A DNA stretch of 64,000 bases from Pirellulales bacterium. Lineage in GTDB: Bacteria > Planctomycetota > Planctomycetia > Pirellulales > JALHPA01. A model generated the notes under the pieces. That model saw nothing but the letters and a program-made list of their open reading frames with translations. It did no database searches and was not told the DNA's origin. A program made the translations under genes and the position numbers. Shown piece after piece: positions 8,553-17,618 of this stretch (the stretch's first letter is position 1; each line of letters begins with the position of its first letter). The DNA lies in NCBI GenBank assembly GCA_033762255.1, contig JANRLT010000070.1, positions 8,548 through 72,547 on the forward strand. The letters run 5' to 3'.

Positions 8553-11060
8553 ATGTCCAATCCAGGCAGTTTATCCAGTCGTTTGCACAGACCCCCTAGG
8601 GCAACAAATTTGCCCCAAACAACTAAATGGGGCAGGGGGGGCTTGCAAGTTTTTGCGATGGCGCTGCTGGTTTGGATGATCGGGGGAACTGCCCTGCCCC
8701 CCCTGCATGCCCAGCAAGAGGTAGCCAAGGGGCCGGTGGACGCGGTGCAAATTCGCACGGCAATGGACAAAGGGGTGGAGTTTTTACGTCGTTCCCAAAA
8801 TAACGACGGCACCTGGGACGGTCATCCGGAGCAACCAGGCGGTGTCACGGCGCTCTGCACGCTGGCTATGCTCAATTGCGGCGTCCCCGCCAGCGATCTC
8901 CAGGTGGCCAAGGCCCTCGCCCATTTGCGGACCAAAACTCCCGAAAAAGTCTATGCCAGCGCGCTGATTATCATGGCGTTTGCCGCCGCCGATCCTAAAC
9001 AAGACGCCGCCACCATTAAAAAACACGCCCTTTGGCTGCAAGAAAACCAAGCCAAAAACGAAAACACCCGCGGCGCCTGGGCCTATGATCGGCCCACGGG
9101 GCGTCCCGATAATTCCAACAGCCAATTTGCGCTACTGGGCCTCTACGAAGCGACCCGCGCTGATGTAGGGGTCAATATTAGCCCCGCCACCTGGAAAAAT
9201 TCTTTGGATTATTGGAAAAAATCGCAAAACGAAGATGGCTCTTGGGGGTATATCTTTGACAAGTTGGTTCATGGACGAACGGTCCCCGGCACAGGCAGCA
9301 TGACCTGCGCGGGTATCGCCTCGCTGCTCATCGCGCAGAGCATGGTCGAACAAGGGGATGCCAAAATCCAGGGAGATAATATTATCTGCTGTGGTAATCA
9401 GGAATTGGATGAAGGAGTAGAAAGCGGTCTCCGCTGGATGGGACGGCATTTCACCGTGCGGTTTAATCCCGCCAACTTTAGCGGGGCAGGGGTTGGCTGG
9501 AATATGTACTACTTGTATGGCATCGAACGGATTGGACGTCTTAGCGGGCGAAGGTTTTTTTACGGAAATCAGGGCCAAGCGCATGATTGGTACCGCGAAG
9601 GAGCGGAGCATTTGGTCCGCACCCAAAATGTCGGCGGGAGCTGGTCGGGGGGAAATGACAACGAGGGTAACCCTCCCGTGTCAACCAGTTTGGCGTTGTT
9701 ATATCTCAGCAAAGGGAGGCGGCCGGTTTTATTGGCCAAGGCCAAATTTGGATCCGGAAATTCTTGGAATCGTCATCGAGATGACGTGGCTAATCTGACC
9801 ACTTATGTGGAACAAGAATGGAAAGCAGATTATCCCATTGGCCTCAGCTGGCAGGTGGTCGACCTGGAGCGCGCGACTGTCGAGGATCTGCTGCAATCGC
9901 CGGTACTTTTTCTCAGCGGGAGCGAGGCCCATGAATTTGCGCCCGCCACGGTGCAGTTGTTGCGCGACTATATTGATCGAGGGGGCTTTATCTTTGCGGA
10001 GGCTTGCTGCCCCGGAGGGGGGGATTTTGATCGCTCGTTTCGCCGCGCGATCCAGCAAATGTTCGCCGATAAGCCGGAACACACGCTGAAACTGCTAGGC
10101 CCCGAACACGCGATTTGGCGGGCCGAAAAATCGATTCCGCCCGATGCCTTGCGCCCTTTGTGGGGTGTGGATTACGGCTGCCGGACCTGCATTGTGTATG
10201 TTCCTCCCCGCGCGGCCGACGATCCTCCGGGGAATTTAGGTTGTTGGTGGGAGATCAACACCCTGCGCAAACAACTCAACTTTACCGAAAAAACCAAAAA
10301 GCAATGGCAAGGGGCCTATGGTATCGGCCTGAACGTGTTGGCCTATGCCACCAACCGCGAATTGAAATCCAAGGACCAAAATCTGAATTTGGAATTAACT
10401 GGCAAAAAAGTCGATTCCGGCGACCGAGCGCTGGTTTACCTGGCAAAACTTAAGCACCCGGGCGGTTGTGACACAGCGCCCGGAGCTTTGCCGGGAATTC
10501 TGCGCGCCGCCGAACAGCAATTGGGCTTTCGCGTGGAGGTTGATTCCCGGTTGATTGACATCACCGGAGAGTCCATCTTTGACCATCATCTGGTATTTAT
10601 GCATGGGCGGAATGATTTTCGTCTGACGCCCAATGAGCGTAAACGAATTCGCGAGTATATCGAGCGGGGAGGGACCCTCTTTGCCGATGCCATATGTAGC
10701 AGCCCCGCGTTTGCCGATTCTTTTCGCCAGGAAATGCGAGAAATCTTTCCCCAGGGAAAAATAGAGCCGATCCCCCCGACCCATCCCCTGTGGACGAATA
10801 AATACGGTGGGTTTGACCTGTCCAAGGTTGTCCGCCGCGACCCGCAAAATGCCGCCGATCAACCGCTGGAGGCCCGCAAGCAGGTCGGCCCGCCCGAGTT
10901 AGAGGGGGTTATGGTCGGCGACCGATTCGGGGTGATCTTTTCCAAATATGACCTAAGCTGCGCGCTCGAACGGCATGATTCCCTGGAATGCGCGGGGTAT
11001 AGTCGCGAGGATGCGGAACGAATCAGCCTCAACGTGCTGCTCTACTCGCTGGTGCAGTGA
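8553..11060 (+). CDS. secreted/membrane-anchored fusion of a prenyltransferase/squalene-cyclase-like repeat domain and two tandem DUF4159 domains
   Basis: The N-terminal half carries terpenoid-cyclase-type repeats (NNDGTWDG, NEDGSWGY, VGGSWSGG). Two DUF4159-like modules follow (SPVLFLSGSEAHEF...LRDYIDRGGFIFAEACC and HHLVFMHGRNDFRLTPNERKRIREYIERGGTLFADA). Divergent from moxR. Confidence 0.65.
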   Translation: MSNPGSLSSRLHRPPRATNLPQTTKWGRGGLQVFAMALLVWMIGGTALPPLHAQQEVAKGPVDAVQIRTAMDKGVEFLRRSQNNDGTWDGHPEQPGGVTALCTLAMLNCGVPASDLQVAKALAHLRTKTPEKVYASALIIMAFAAADPKQDAATIKKHALWLQENQAKNENTRGAWAYDRPTGRPDNSNSQFALLGLYEATRADVGVNISPATWKNSLDYWKKSQNEDGSWGYIFDKLVHGRTVPGTGSMTCAGIASLLIAQSMVEQGDAKIQGDNIICCGNQELDEGVESGLRWMGRHFTVRFNPANFSGAGVGWNMYYLYGIERIGRLSGRRFFYGNQGQAHDWYREGAEHLVRTQNVGGSWSGGNDNEGNPPVSTSLALLYLSKGRRPVLLAKAKFGSGNSWNRHRDDVANLTTYVEQEWKADYPIGLSWQVVDLERATVEDLLQSPVLFLSGSEAHEFAPATVQLLRDYIDRGGFIFAEACCPGGGDFDRSFRRAIQQMFADKPEHTLKLLGPEHAIWRAEKSIPPDALRPLWGVDYGCRTCIVYVPPRAADDPPGNLGCWWEINTLRKQLNFTEKTKKQWQGAYGIGLNVLAYATNRELKSKDQNLNLELTGKKVDSGDRALVYLAKLKHPGGCDTAPGALPGILRAAEQQLGFRVEVDSRLIDITGESIFDHHLVFMHGRNDFRLTPNERKRIREYIERGGTLFADAICSSPAFADSFRQEMREIFPQGKIEPIPPTHPLWTNKYGGFDLSKVVRRDPQNAADQPLEARKQVGPPELEGVMVGDRFGVIFSKYDLSCALERHDSLECAGYSREDAERISLNVLLYSLVQ

Positions 11061-11273
11061 CCATTGTTAGTCGCGACGCAACAGTTATCCAACCACACCT
11101 ACCAGGGTGATAGTGCGGACATGGGGGGCAACGTGACGTGCTAGCACGTCCCCACTTGCCCAAGTCCGCCAGAAAAGCTATCTTTTCCGCCCACTGGTTT
11201 TTTCTGTCAACAGCTTGCCTGATTGGGCCATCCTTTGCCAAATTGCAAATTCGTACGGGAAAAAGGAATTTCC

Positions 11274-12368
11274 ATGCGCTGTTATCGCCTTTGGACATTG
11301 TGCCTGCTGAGCGCCACAAGTCTGGTTTTTGGCCCGCAACTGCTATTAAACGCCCAGGTAATTGTCCCCGGGACCGGCACCAAGATCGCCGTCGCGGGGG
11401 ACGATTTTGAGGATGAATCCTGGGCGTATATTCCCAATAACCCCAAAAGCAGCGATGAAGATGACGAGAATAGCCGTTTTCCCGCGGGCTATTCGGCCAA
11501 TCGCCGCTGGTTTGAAGGGGTCAAACGGGGGCATCCCGATCTGGTCAAACGGATCGATACTCCCGCCGGAGGCCTAGCGGGCAGTAAGGGAGCGTTATTA
11601 CTGCAGACGCTGCGCTCGGGTATTCCCAACCAATTTTTGAATAAGCCGATGCAGGACGACTTTGTGGCAAATGTGATTAGCAACACCGGCGGAATGCTGC
11701 ATGTGTCGCGCAGTCCGAATGTCGTTTGCCGCGTTTATCTGCCTCCATTTGAGCAATGGGAACGCCGCAGCGGCAATACGTTTGGATTTCGGCTGGCTTG
11801 CCGGGGAAATCCCACCCGCGCGACAAACTCCGAATTCAAAAATAGCGATGGCACAGAGACCTATTGGCCCGGCTTCTTTATTTGGCATACCATGCCTAGC
11901 CCCCAGCGAAAAATGGAGGAGTCGGCCCATTTTATTTTACGGGCCGGACCCGTGGGGCAGGATTTTCGCGGGCCGGAAATCACCAGGGAACAATTGGGCT
12001 GGTGGACCTTGGGGCTTTCATGTTCTCCGGATGGGGCAGTCCACTATTATGCCAAACAAGGAATCGAGAATCTGACGCCGGAGGATTGGATCGCCACCGA
12101 GCGTCCCTATGGCTATCGCTGCACGCACATGGAAACTTTCTTTTTTAACGTGTTGAATCAGGATAACGGCCGCACGTGGTCGACACCCTGGGTGATTGAC
12201 GACCCGAGTGTTTATTACACCGGTCCGCAAATCAATCCTCCGACCGTTAAACAGCAAACCGTCCGGCAACAGCCCGCACGGCAACAAACAGTCCGACAAC
12301 CTTCCCGTTCGACTCCCGGCGCTTCCCAAAAATCCGCTGCAAAAAAGAAGTCAACCGCGGGCCGTTAA
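11274..12368 (+). CDS. hypothetical secreted protein with Gln-rich C-terminal repeats
   Basis: ATG 11274 gives signal-like MRCYRLWTLCLLSATSLVFGPQLLLNAQ. An A/G-rich stretch (ggaaaaaggaa) lies upstream. The C-terminus repeats QQTVRQQPARQQTVRQ. No family recognised. Confidence 0.55.
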   Translation: MRCYRLWTLCLLSATSLVFGPQLLLNAQVIVPGTGTKIAVAGDDFEDESWAYIPNNPKSSDEDDENSRFPAGYSANRRWFEGVKRGHPDLVKRIDTPAGGLAGSKGALLLQTLRSGIPNQFLNKPMQDDFVANVISNTGGMLHVSRSPNVVCRVYLPPFEQWERRSGNTFGFRLACRGNPTRATNSEFKNSDGTETYWPGFFIWHTMPSPQRKMEESAHFILRAGPVGQDFRGPEITREQLGWWTLGLSCSPDGAVHYYAKQGIENLTPEDWIATERPYGYRCTHMETFFFNVLNQDNGRTWSTPWVIDDPSVYYTGPQINPPTVKQQTVRQQPARQQTVRQPSRSTPGASQKSAAKKKSTAGR

Positions 12369-12419
12369 AGAGCGGGGTAAGCTACATTGACGCTTTATCG
12401 TCCCGCGGGATTGGCGCCG

Positions 12420-12908
12420 TCACGCCACTTGCGGCCCATCAGCCACCGCCAGCGCAAAAGGCAACTGTGCTAACCACGCCAGTAACCTAGGGCGCAGGGG
12501 AAGTCCGTCATGGGTGGTTTCCCCCCGGCAAATGGTTGAATCAGCCCCGAGGATCTGTTCCAGCCAGGATAGTTTTTGGCGCGCGGCCAGCAGAAATTCG
12601 TCATGTACCCGTGGGGCCAGCGGGGCGCTGCGCAGGACCACTTGATCAGTCGTGCGTTCTCGCTGCAGGCGGATCAGTTGACCCGCCTGGGCCTTATACA
12701 ATTCTCCCCCCGCGTAAGCCCGCCGCAGTTTTCGGTTGCTGGTAAAATGGTAAGCGGGATCCTCGCCAAAGAAGAAACTGGCCGCGCCATTCGCGCGAAA
12801 GCCAGTCACAATCGGCGGTTCTCCGGTCGCGGGCAAGTATTCGCCACGCATTACCAACGCGCGGGCGTCACGCAATAAATCTTCGCGGGGAAGTTCTTGC
12901 CGGGCCAT
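12420..12908 (-). CDS. hypothetical protein
   Basis: ORF of about 163 aa from ATG 12908 (track start 12917 is GTG). It lies 46 nt downstream of the M50 protease gene on the same strand. No motif recognised. Confidence 0.45.
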   Translation of the reverse strand: MARQELPREDLLRDARALVMRGEYLPATGEPPIVTGFRANGAASFFFGEDPAYHFTSNRKLRRAYAGGELYKAQAGQLIRLQRERTTDQVVLRSAPLAPRVHDEFLLAARQKLSWLEQILGADSTICRGETTHDGLPLRPRLLAWLAQLPFALAVADGPQVA

Positions 12909-12953
12909 GAGTGCCACATTCCCTTTGCCGGGGGATAGGATGCGCGGTAATGC

Positions 12954-14138
12954 TTAGTGCCGCGGGCGGGCGCGGGCGCGTAATTTTTGGCTGGCCTGTT
13001 CCAAAAATTCCCGGTCCCGGCGCGATAGCGAAGAGAGTCCCGCCAGTTTGACACGGCTCAAAATTTCGTCCAAGCGTTCTTCTTCGGTCGGCAGGGGTGG
13101 CGCATGCCATTCGGTGGAACCTTCGGGCGGATAAGTAAATTCCTCTGGTTCTCCATCTTCCAGCCAGTCCGCCGCATCCGCCAATTCCTCATCCATCGGG
13201 GGATCGCCATCCAGGACATCTTCCGGAGGAAAAGGCTTGGTAGTGCGGCGATTCTTGGCAAATGGCTGGGGACGTGGTTCGATGTCTTGCTCGATGACCC
13301 CCCTCGCTTTGCGCGGTTGATCATCAATCCAGGGAAATAACTCGCTTTCGTGATGATTGTCGTGGTCCCAACGCCGGTCGCGACCTTCGTCGGCAATCCA
13401 GCTTCCGCTGGACCAATCGGCAAAAGCCGCAAATAAAAGCCACGTGGCCAAGCACATCATGGCCAACCATCCTGGCAAGTACCACAACTCGATCAGGGGC
13501 AATAAACATGACAACACCACTAGGCCCGCGCTGGTCAGCATCATGCTGCGGGTCACGATCAGAATGGTACCCCGGCGGGAAAATACCGGCCATAAAACCG
13601 CCACCAAAGCCCGCCCCCCGTCCAAGGGAAGCGCGGGAAACAAATTCAATAAAAACAAACCGTTCCACCAACACCAAAGTTTCATCGCCACCAGGCCCAA
13701 GGGGCCTTCTTGCACGCCCTGGGGCAGAAACGGCGACAGGACCAAGTCAAGGCAGTTAATCCCCTGCCAAGCTAATAAAATAGCCGCCGCCAAGCCCAGA
13801 ATAAAATTCATTCCCGGTCCGGCCAACGCGTAAGAAAACTCGGCCTGGGGTTCCTGGGAGAGGCGCGGGGCCGCCATATTGCCCAGCGGAGTGCAGACAT
13901 AATCCTGGAGTTTGCCGCCAAAATGAACCAAGGCATAAACATGCCCCAGTTCGTGCGCCGCCAGCGCCAAGACCCAAGTCAAAAAACCGACGCACCACAG
14001 GGTCGCGCCCCGCGCGGGATCGGCCAGTTGCGCCACCTGCCAGGCAAATAACCAAAACAAGACCGTCGTCACATGCAGGCGAAAATGGATTCCCCGCCAC
14101 GTGCCAAGCAATATTGTCCAAGAAAAACGGTCACGCAT
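12954..14138 (-). CDS. M50-family (site-2 protease-like) membrane metalloprotease with acidic C-terminal tail
   Basis: HELGHVYA (HExxH) in a TM helix plus LNLFPALPLDGGR (the NxxPxxxLDG motif of M50). Start set at ATG 14138 (MRDRFSWTILLGTWRGIHFRLH). The track ORF extends to 14396, which is less likely. Confidence 0.75.
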   Translation of the reverse strand: MRDRFSWTILLGTWRGIHFRLHVTTVLFWLFAWQVAQLADPARGATLWCVGFLTWVLALAAHELGHVYALVHFGGKLQDYVCTPLGNMAAPRLSQEPQAEFSYALAGPGMNFILGLAAAILLAWQGINCLDLVLSPFLPQGVQEGPLGLVAMKLWCWWNGLFLLNLFPALPLDGGRALVAVLWPVFSRRGTILIVTRSMMLTSAGLVVLSCLLPLIELWYLPGWLAMMCLATWLLFAAFADWSSGSWIADEGRDRRWDHDNHHESELFPWIDDQPRKARGVIEQDIEPRPQPFAKNRRTTKPFPPEDVLDGDPPMDEELADAADWLEDGEPEEFTYPPEGSTEWHAPPLPTEEERLDEILSRVKLAGLSSLSRRDREFLEQASQKLRARARPRH

Positions 14139-14434
14139 ATCGCACCGTTGGAGATCCCGCCCGACGCACAAACTGTCAAATAAACCACTGCTACTGATTT
14201 TATCAAGCTCGGGGGCTAGAGACAAACTGGCTCCGACAGGGAATTTGCCAATTCCTCTGTGGCACATTATTCGCCCTCTATTGGCATGACCCCGGCTGAC
14301 CGCCGTTGGTGGAAAAATTTGCACAAAAAACGCCGGGATTCCCCGCAAGAGCACCCCTTCCGGCGCGCTTGGTGTAACATAATGACAGATTCGCACATGT
14401 TGAACTCAACTATTATTTTCTTAACTCCACTTTT

Positions 14435-14998
14435 ATGGCAGATCGACTAGTTTCTCCGGAATTGTTATTGGCTACTCCCCGATTTACCGTGGTGCGGCAC
14501 ACTTTGACGCTGGCCGATGGCTCCCTCCTAAAAAAGGAAACCATCCAACACCCCGGAGCGGTGGTAATTTTGCCCTGGTTTGACAACCAACAAGTCGGCC
14601 TCATCCGTAATTTTCGACTCGCCGTGGGTGACACGCTGTGGGAACTACCCGCCGGGACGCTGGAGCCGGGGGAAACCCCCCTCGCCAACGCGCAACGCGA
14701 ATTACGCGAAGAAACCGGCTACACCGCGGAAAAATGGACACCCCTGGGTGAAATGCTCATGTCCCCCGGAATTTTGCACGAACGGATGCATTTTTTTGTG
14801 GCGGAGCAACTGCAAGCGGGGGGGACGGCCTTGGAACCAGGGGAGTTAATAGAAAATGTCCGACTTCCCTGGGAATCAGCGCTGGGCATGATCGATCGCG
14901 GGGAAATTCTTGATGCCAAGACGGTTGCCGCGTTGTTGCTGTGGGAACGGCGGCTAACCCAACGGCTTAAGCAAGCTGGGGAAGATAGAAAAGCTTAG
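14435..14998 (+). CDS. NUDIX hydrolase (ADP-ribose pyrophosphatase-like)
   Basis: Nudix box GTLEPGETPLANAQRELREETGY (GX5EX7REUXEEXGU). Confidence 0.85.
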   Translation: MADRLVSPELLLATPRFTVVRHTLTLADGSLLKKETIQHPGAVVILPWFDNQQVGLIRNFRLAVGDTLWELPAGTLEPGETPLANAQRELREETGYTAEKWTPLGEMLMSPGILHERMHFFVAEQLQAGGTALEPGELIENVRLPWESALGMIDRGEILDAKTVAALLLWERRLTQRLKQAGEDRKA

Positions 14999-15028
14999 GC
15001 GGAAAACCAGCCTAGTTCAGCCACCACC

Positions 15029-15211
15029 CTAAGAGCCAAACCCGTGGCTGGTCAGATCGCCATCAATAGTCCCCCACATCCCCCCCGTCTGCGCGCCGAC
15101 CGACCCAATCGCGCTGATCACGGCGACCAGGATCAAGGCCAGCATCACAGCGTACTCGACGGCAGTGGCCCCCGTCTCCTCACGCAAAAATTTTTGACCG
15201 GCGGCTAACAT
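15029..15211 (-). CDS. flp: Flp/Fap-family type IVb pilin
   Basis: 60-aa product from ATG 15211: MLAAGQKFLREETGATAVEYAVMLALILVAVISAIGSVG... This is the Flp motif (G-x-T-A-[IV]-E-Y) followed by a hydrophobic helix. Confidence 0.75.
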   Translation of the reverse strand: MLAAGQKFLREETGATAVEYAVMLALILVAVISAIGSVGAQTGGMWGTIDGDLTSHGFGS

Positions 15212-15450
15212 GGCACACCTCGATGCGGAATTGCCTGGTTGGAATAACCTTCCACCCAAGATAAAACTTATCCCAGAAACGGGCGGAGTCAAAAGCGACC
15301 CCCCCTTCATGAGTCAAAATCACCTCTCTGTCCAATTTTTTTGGTCCATCTCGACGGCATTGTAACGTTTATTCCGGTTAGATGGTTCAATCGGATTGCG
15401 GCGCACCATGGCTGATTTGCCCAAGGCGGATAGAGAACCTTGACAATAAA

Positions 15451-16527
15451 CTAGCCCGTCGGTTGGGCCATGACCGCGTGCGGCTGATAATGCGCCTTGG
15501 GGGGGATATGCAAGTTTCGCCGGGGATTGCGGTATAAAAGTTCGGCTAATAACCGTCCACAGCCTCCTTCTGCCGGTTCCCGCCGATAATGCCATTCGCG
15601 ATCGGTGGGAATCCAGCGTTCTTCCAGCGGCCAGGGGTCAAAAGGCTGGTAGCCCAACGCCGCGGCCAGTTTGCTAGAATTCATGCTGACATTTCCCGCG
15701 CGCGGCGGCATCGGCCCCGCCTCGATCCGAGGAATGCCGTGCAGCAAATGCGGATCGTACCCCCCCACGCGATTCACAATCTGGGCGATTTGATATAGGC
15801 TGAGCGCCCGCGTTCCCCCGGCGTGATATAGACCTTGAATGTTCGGGCGAGCCAGGACAACTTCGCATAGTTCATTCAGGCAATCGGTAAACGTGGGCGT
15901 GCGGACCTCGTCAAAATAGAGCGTGGCGGGCTTGTGCTTTTTAAAGCGGGATTGGATCCAATCGATCGCCCCGGCGTGGCCGTTAAAGCTGATTCCCATC
16001 GGCAGGGAGATGCGTAAAATTGCCGCCGTGGGATAATCGGCAAGGATTAGTTCCTCCGCCGCGACCATGCTTTGCCCATAGGCGGTGACGGGGTCGGGGA
16101 TAGCGGTTTCGAGATAACCGCCCGAGCCGACTCCGCTAAAAACCAAATCGATTGATAGGTGCACATAGCGAGTATTCCCGCCGCGCATGACGGCCAGCAG
16201 GTTTTTGACGCCGTCCACATTGATCCGCCAAGCCATGGCGGGGTCGAGTTCGCAGCTTTTGAGGGCGCAGTTGCCCGCGGTGTCCAGCACGCTGCGAAAC
16301 TGAAAGCGGTCAAATAGTTTTTCGAGCGTGGCGCGGTCTTCGGCATTGCAGACGACCACGCCGGGACCGACGAGTCGCCAGTTATCCGCCTGGCGAATCC
16401 CCACGACCTGGCTGCCATACCTGGCATAAAAATAAGGGAGCGCGTTATAGCCCGCGACGCCGGAAATGCCGGTAATCAGCAGGGGAAGGGGAAGCGGGGG
16501 GACGGAATATGAGTTCATGTACGGCAT
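15451..16527 (-). CDS. extended SDR / RmlD-substrate-binding-domain-like sugar-nucleotide reductase homologue
   Basis: Rossmann motif LLITGISGVAGYN, STDYVF-like SIDLVFSG, and an RmlD-like block PVTAYGQSMVAAEE. Confidence 0.65.
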   Translation of the reverse strand: MPYMNSYSVPPLPLPLLITGISGVAGYNALPYFYARYGSQVVGIRQADNWRLVGPGVVVCNAEDRATLEKLFDRFQFRSVLDTAGNCALKSCELDPAMAWRINVDGVKNLLAVMRGGNTRYVHLSIDLVFSGVGSGGYLETAIPDPVTAYGQSMVAAEELILADYPTAAILRISLPMGISFNGHAGAIDWIQSRFKKHKPATLYFDEVRTPTFTDCLNELCEVVLARPNIQGLYHAGGTRALSLYQIAQIVNRVGGYDPHLLHGIPRIEAGPMPPRAGNVSMNSSKLAAALGYQPFDPWPLEERWIPTDREWHYRREPAEGGCGRLLAELLYRNPRRNLHIPPKAHYQPHAVMAQPTG

Positions 16528-16938
16528 TGAGGGTTTATCTTTACAGTGTGTACAGCGGAGCTAGGGTTGATACTGACCGTTAGATTTCTCGCTTTGCACA
16601 GCACTGCTTTTTATTGAAATTTCGCTTGGTGGCCGCTGGCTTGTTTTGCGGGCCAACGGCCCGGTTCAAAGTCGTGGTTTACAAACAGTAGTGCGAATTC
16701 CTTAGGGTTTAAGGATCGTAATCATTGTAGTTTAGACGGTGTCAGCCGCTGCGCGGAGGTCTCGCCCCGTTTGCATAAAATGCATGCGGTGTTTATACCT
16801 GAAAAATCCCGTAATTCAGGCGGCAAAGGTGATTTGTGACAGGTTTTTAGAGAAAGTAAAACTGCCCCAGGGGTGTTTCAAAGTTGAAGATTGGAGTTAG
16901 TCAAATCAGCCGCCGGGTGCTAGCCCACGCTTAAAGCC

Positions 16939-17136
16939 ACTCCAACTTGGGCTATGATCCACTGTTTTTGGATTGTACAGTGAGCTTCGCGGTACTCCCT
17001 CTCCCTTTAGGAGAAAGCAGGGGCGTGGGATTTCTACCGCAACGCGGTTGCGTAACTCAGCCCAGGGTTACCGCGCAGCGGTTTCCCTGGTAAAACGGCA
17101 AGCGAAAAAATTTCTACCGCAACGCGGTCGCGTCAT
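16939..17136. repeat. composite dispersed intergenic repeat, copy A
   Basis: Shares CTCCAAC..GGGCTATGATCC, GCGGTACTCCCTCTCCCT, GGGA(T/A)TCTACCGC.A.GCGGTTGCGT and CCCAGGGTT.(N)CGC.GCG modules with 40382-40503. The module TTTCTACCGCAACGCGGT(T/C)GCGT occurs twice here (17031-17056 and 17109-17134). Confidence 0.75.
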
Positions 17137-17375
17137 GCCCAAATTCACTATCGATTTTTCGCAGATTTGCAATATGCTGGCCGCGCTAGATTTCGCTAGT
17201 ACGCGGAATACATGCGAAAATAGTGTGACAGTTTAGAAACCAACAGGTAAAATGGAGTTTGTGTATTAACAATGCGCGTGTGAATGGGGGCATAGATGAC
17301 TAATATTAACGTAGCCGTAAAGTTTGGAATCGTTCGTCAACGATGTCATAACAGCCTGGTGAGCATGAGATTTAG

Positions 17376-17618
17376 ATGCCGACTATCTTGCGAATCGGAC
17401 CATATCGATTCTACTTTCATAGCCATGAACCCAATGAGCCGCCGCATGTCCATATTGATCGGGACGACTTATCGGCCAAGTTCGGGCTTGAGCCAGTAGG
17501 ACTCGCTCGAAATCTCGGATTCAAACCCTCGGAACTGCGTCGCATTCAAAAACTAGTAATGCAACATCAACCTGAAATCGTGGAGGCCTGGCATGGGTAT
17601 TTTGGCACTTACGGCTGA
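17376..17618 (+). CDS. DUF4160 domain protein
   Basis: N-terminus MPTILRIGPYRFYFHSHEPNEPPHVHIDRDD matches the DUF4160 pattern (MPTI...F.FY..DH.PPH.H). Paired with a DUF2442 gene as is usual. Confidence 0.7.
   Translation: MPTILRIGPYRFYFHSHEPNEPPHVHIDRDDLSAKFGLEPVGLARNLGFKPSELRRIQKLVMQHQPEIVEAWHGYFGTYG

Noticed and set aside
12954-14396. Full 480-aa track ORF for the M50 protease
   Set aside because: The first 86 codons (MRICHYVTPSAPEG...) look non-coding and would nearly abut the divergent NUDIX gene. The ATG at 14138 begins the typical M50 N-terminus. The longer form cannot be excluded without experimental start mapping.
16973-17236. 87-aa + strand ORF (…GTPSPFRRKQGRG…)
   Set aside because: It is translated straight through dispersed repeat copy A. 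The peptide reflects repeat sequence, not a gene.
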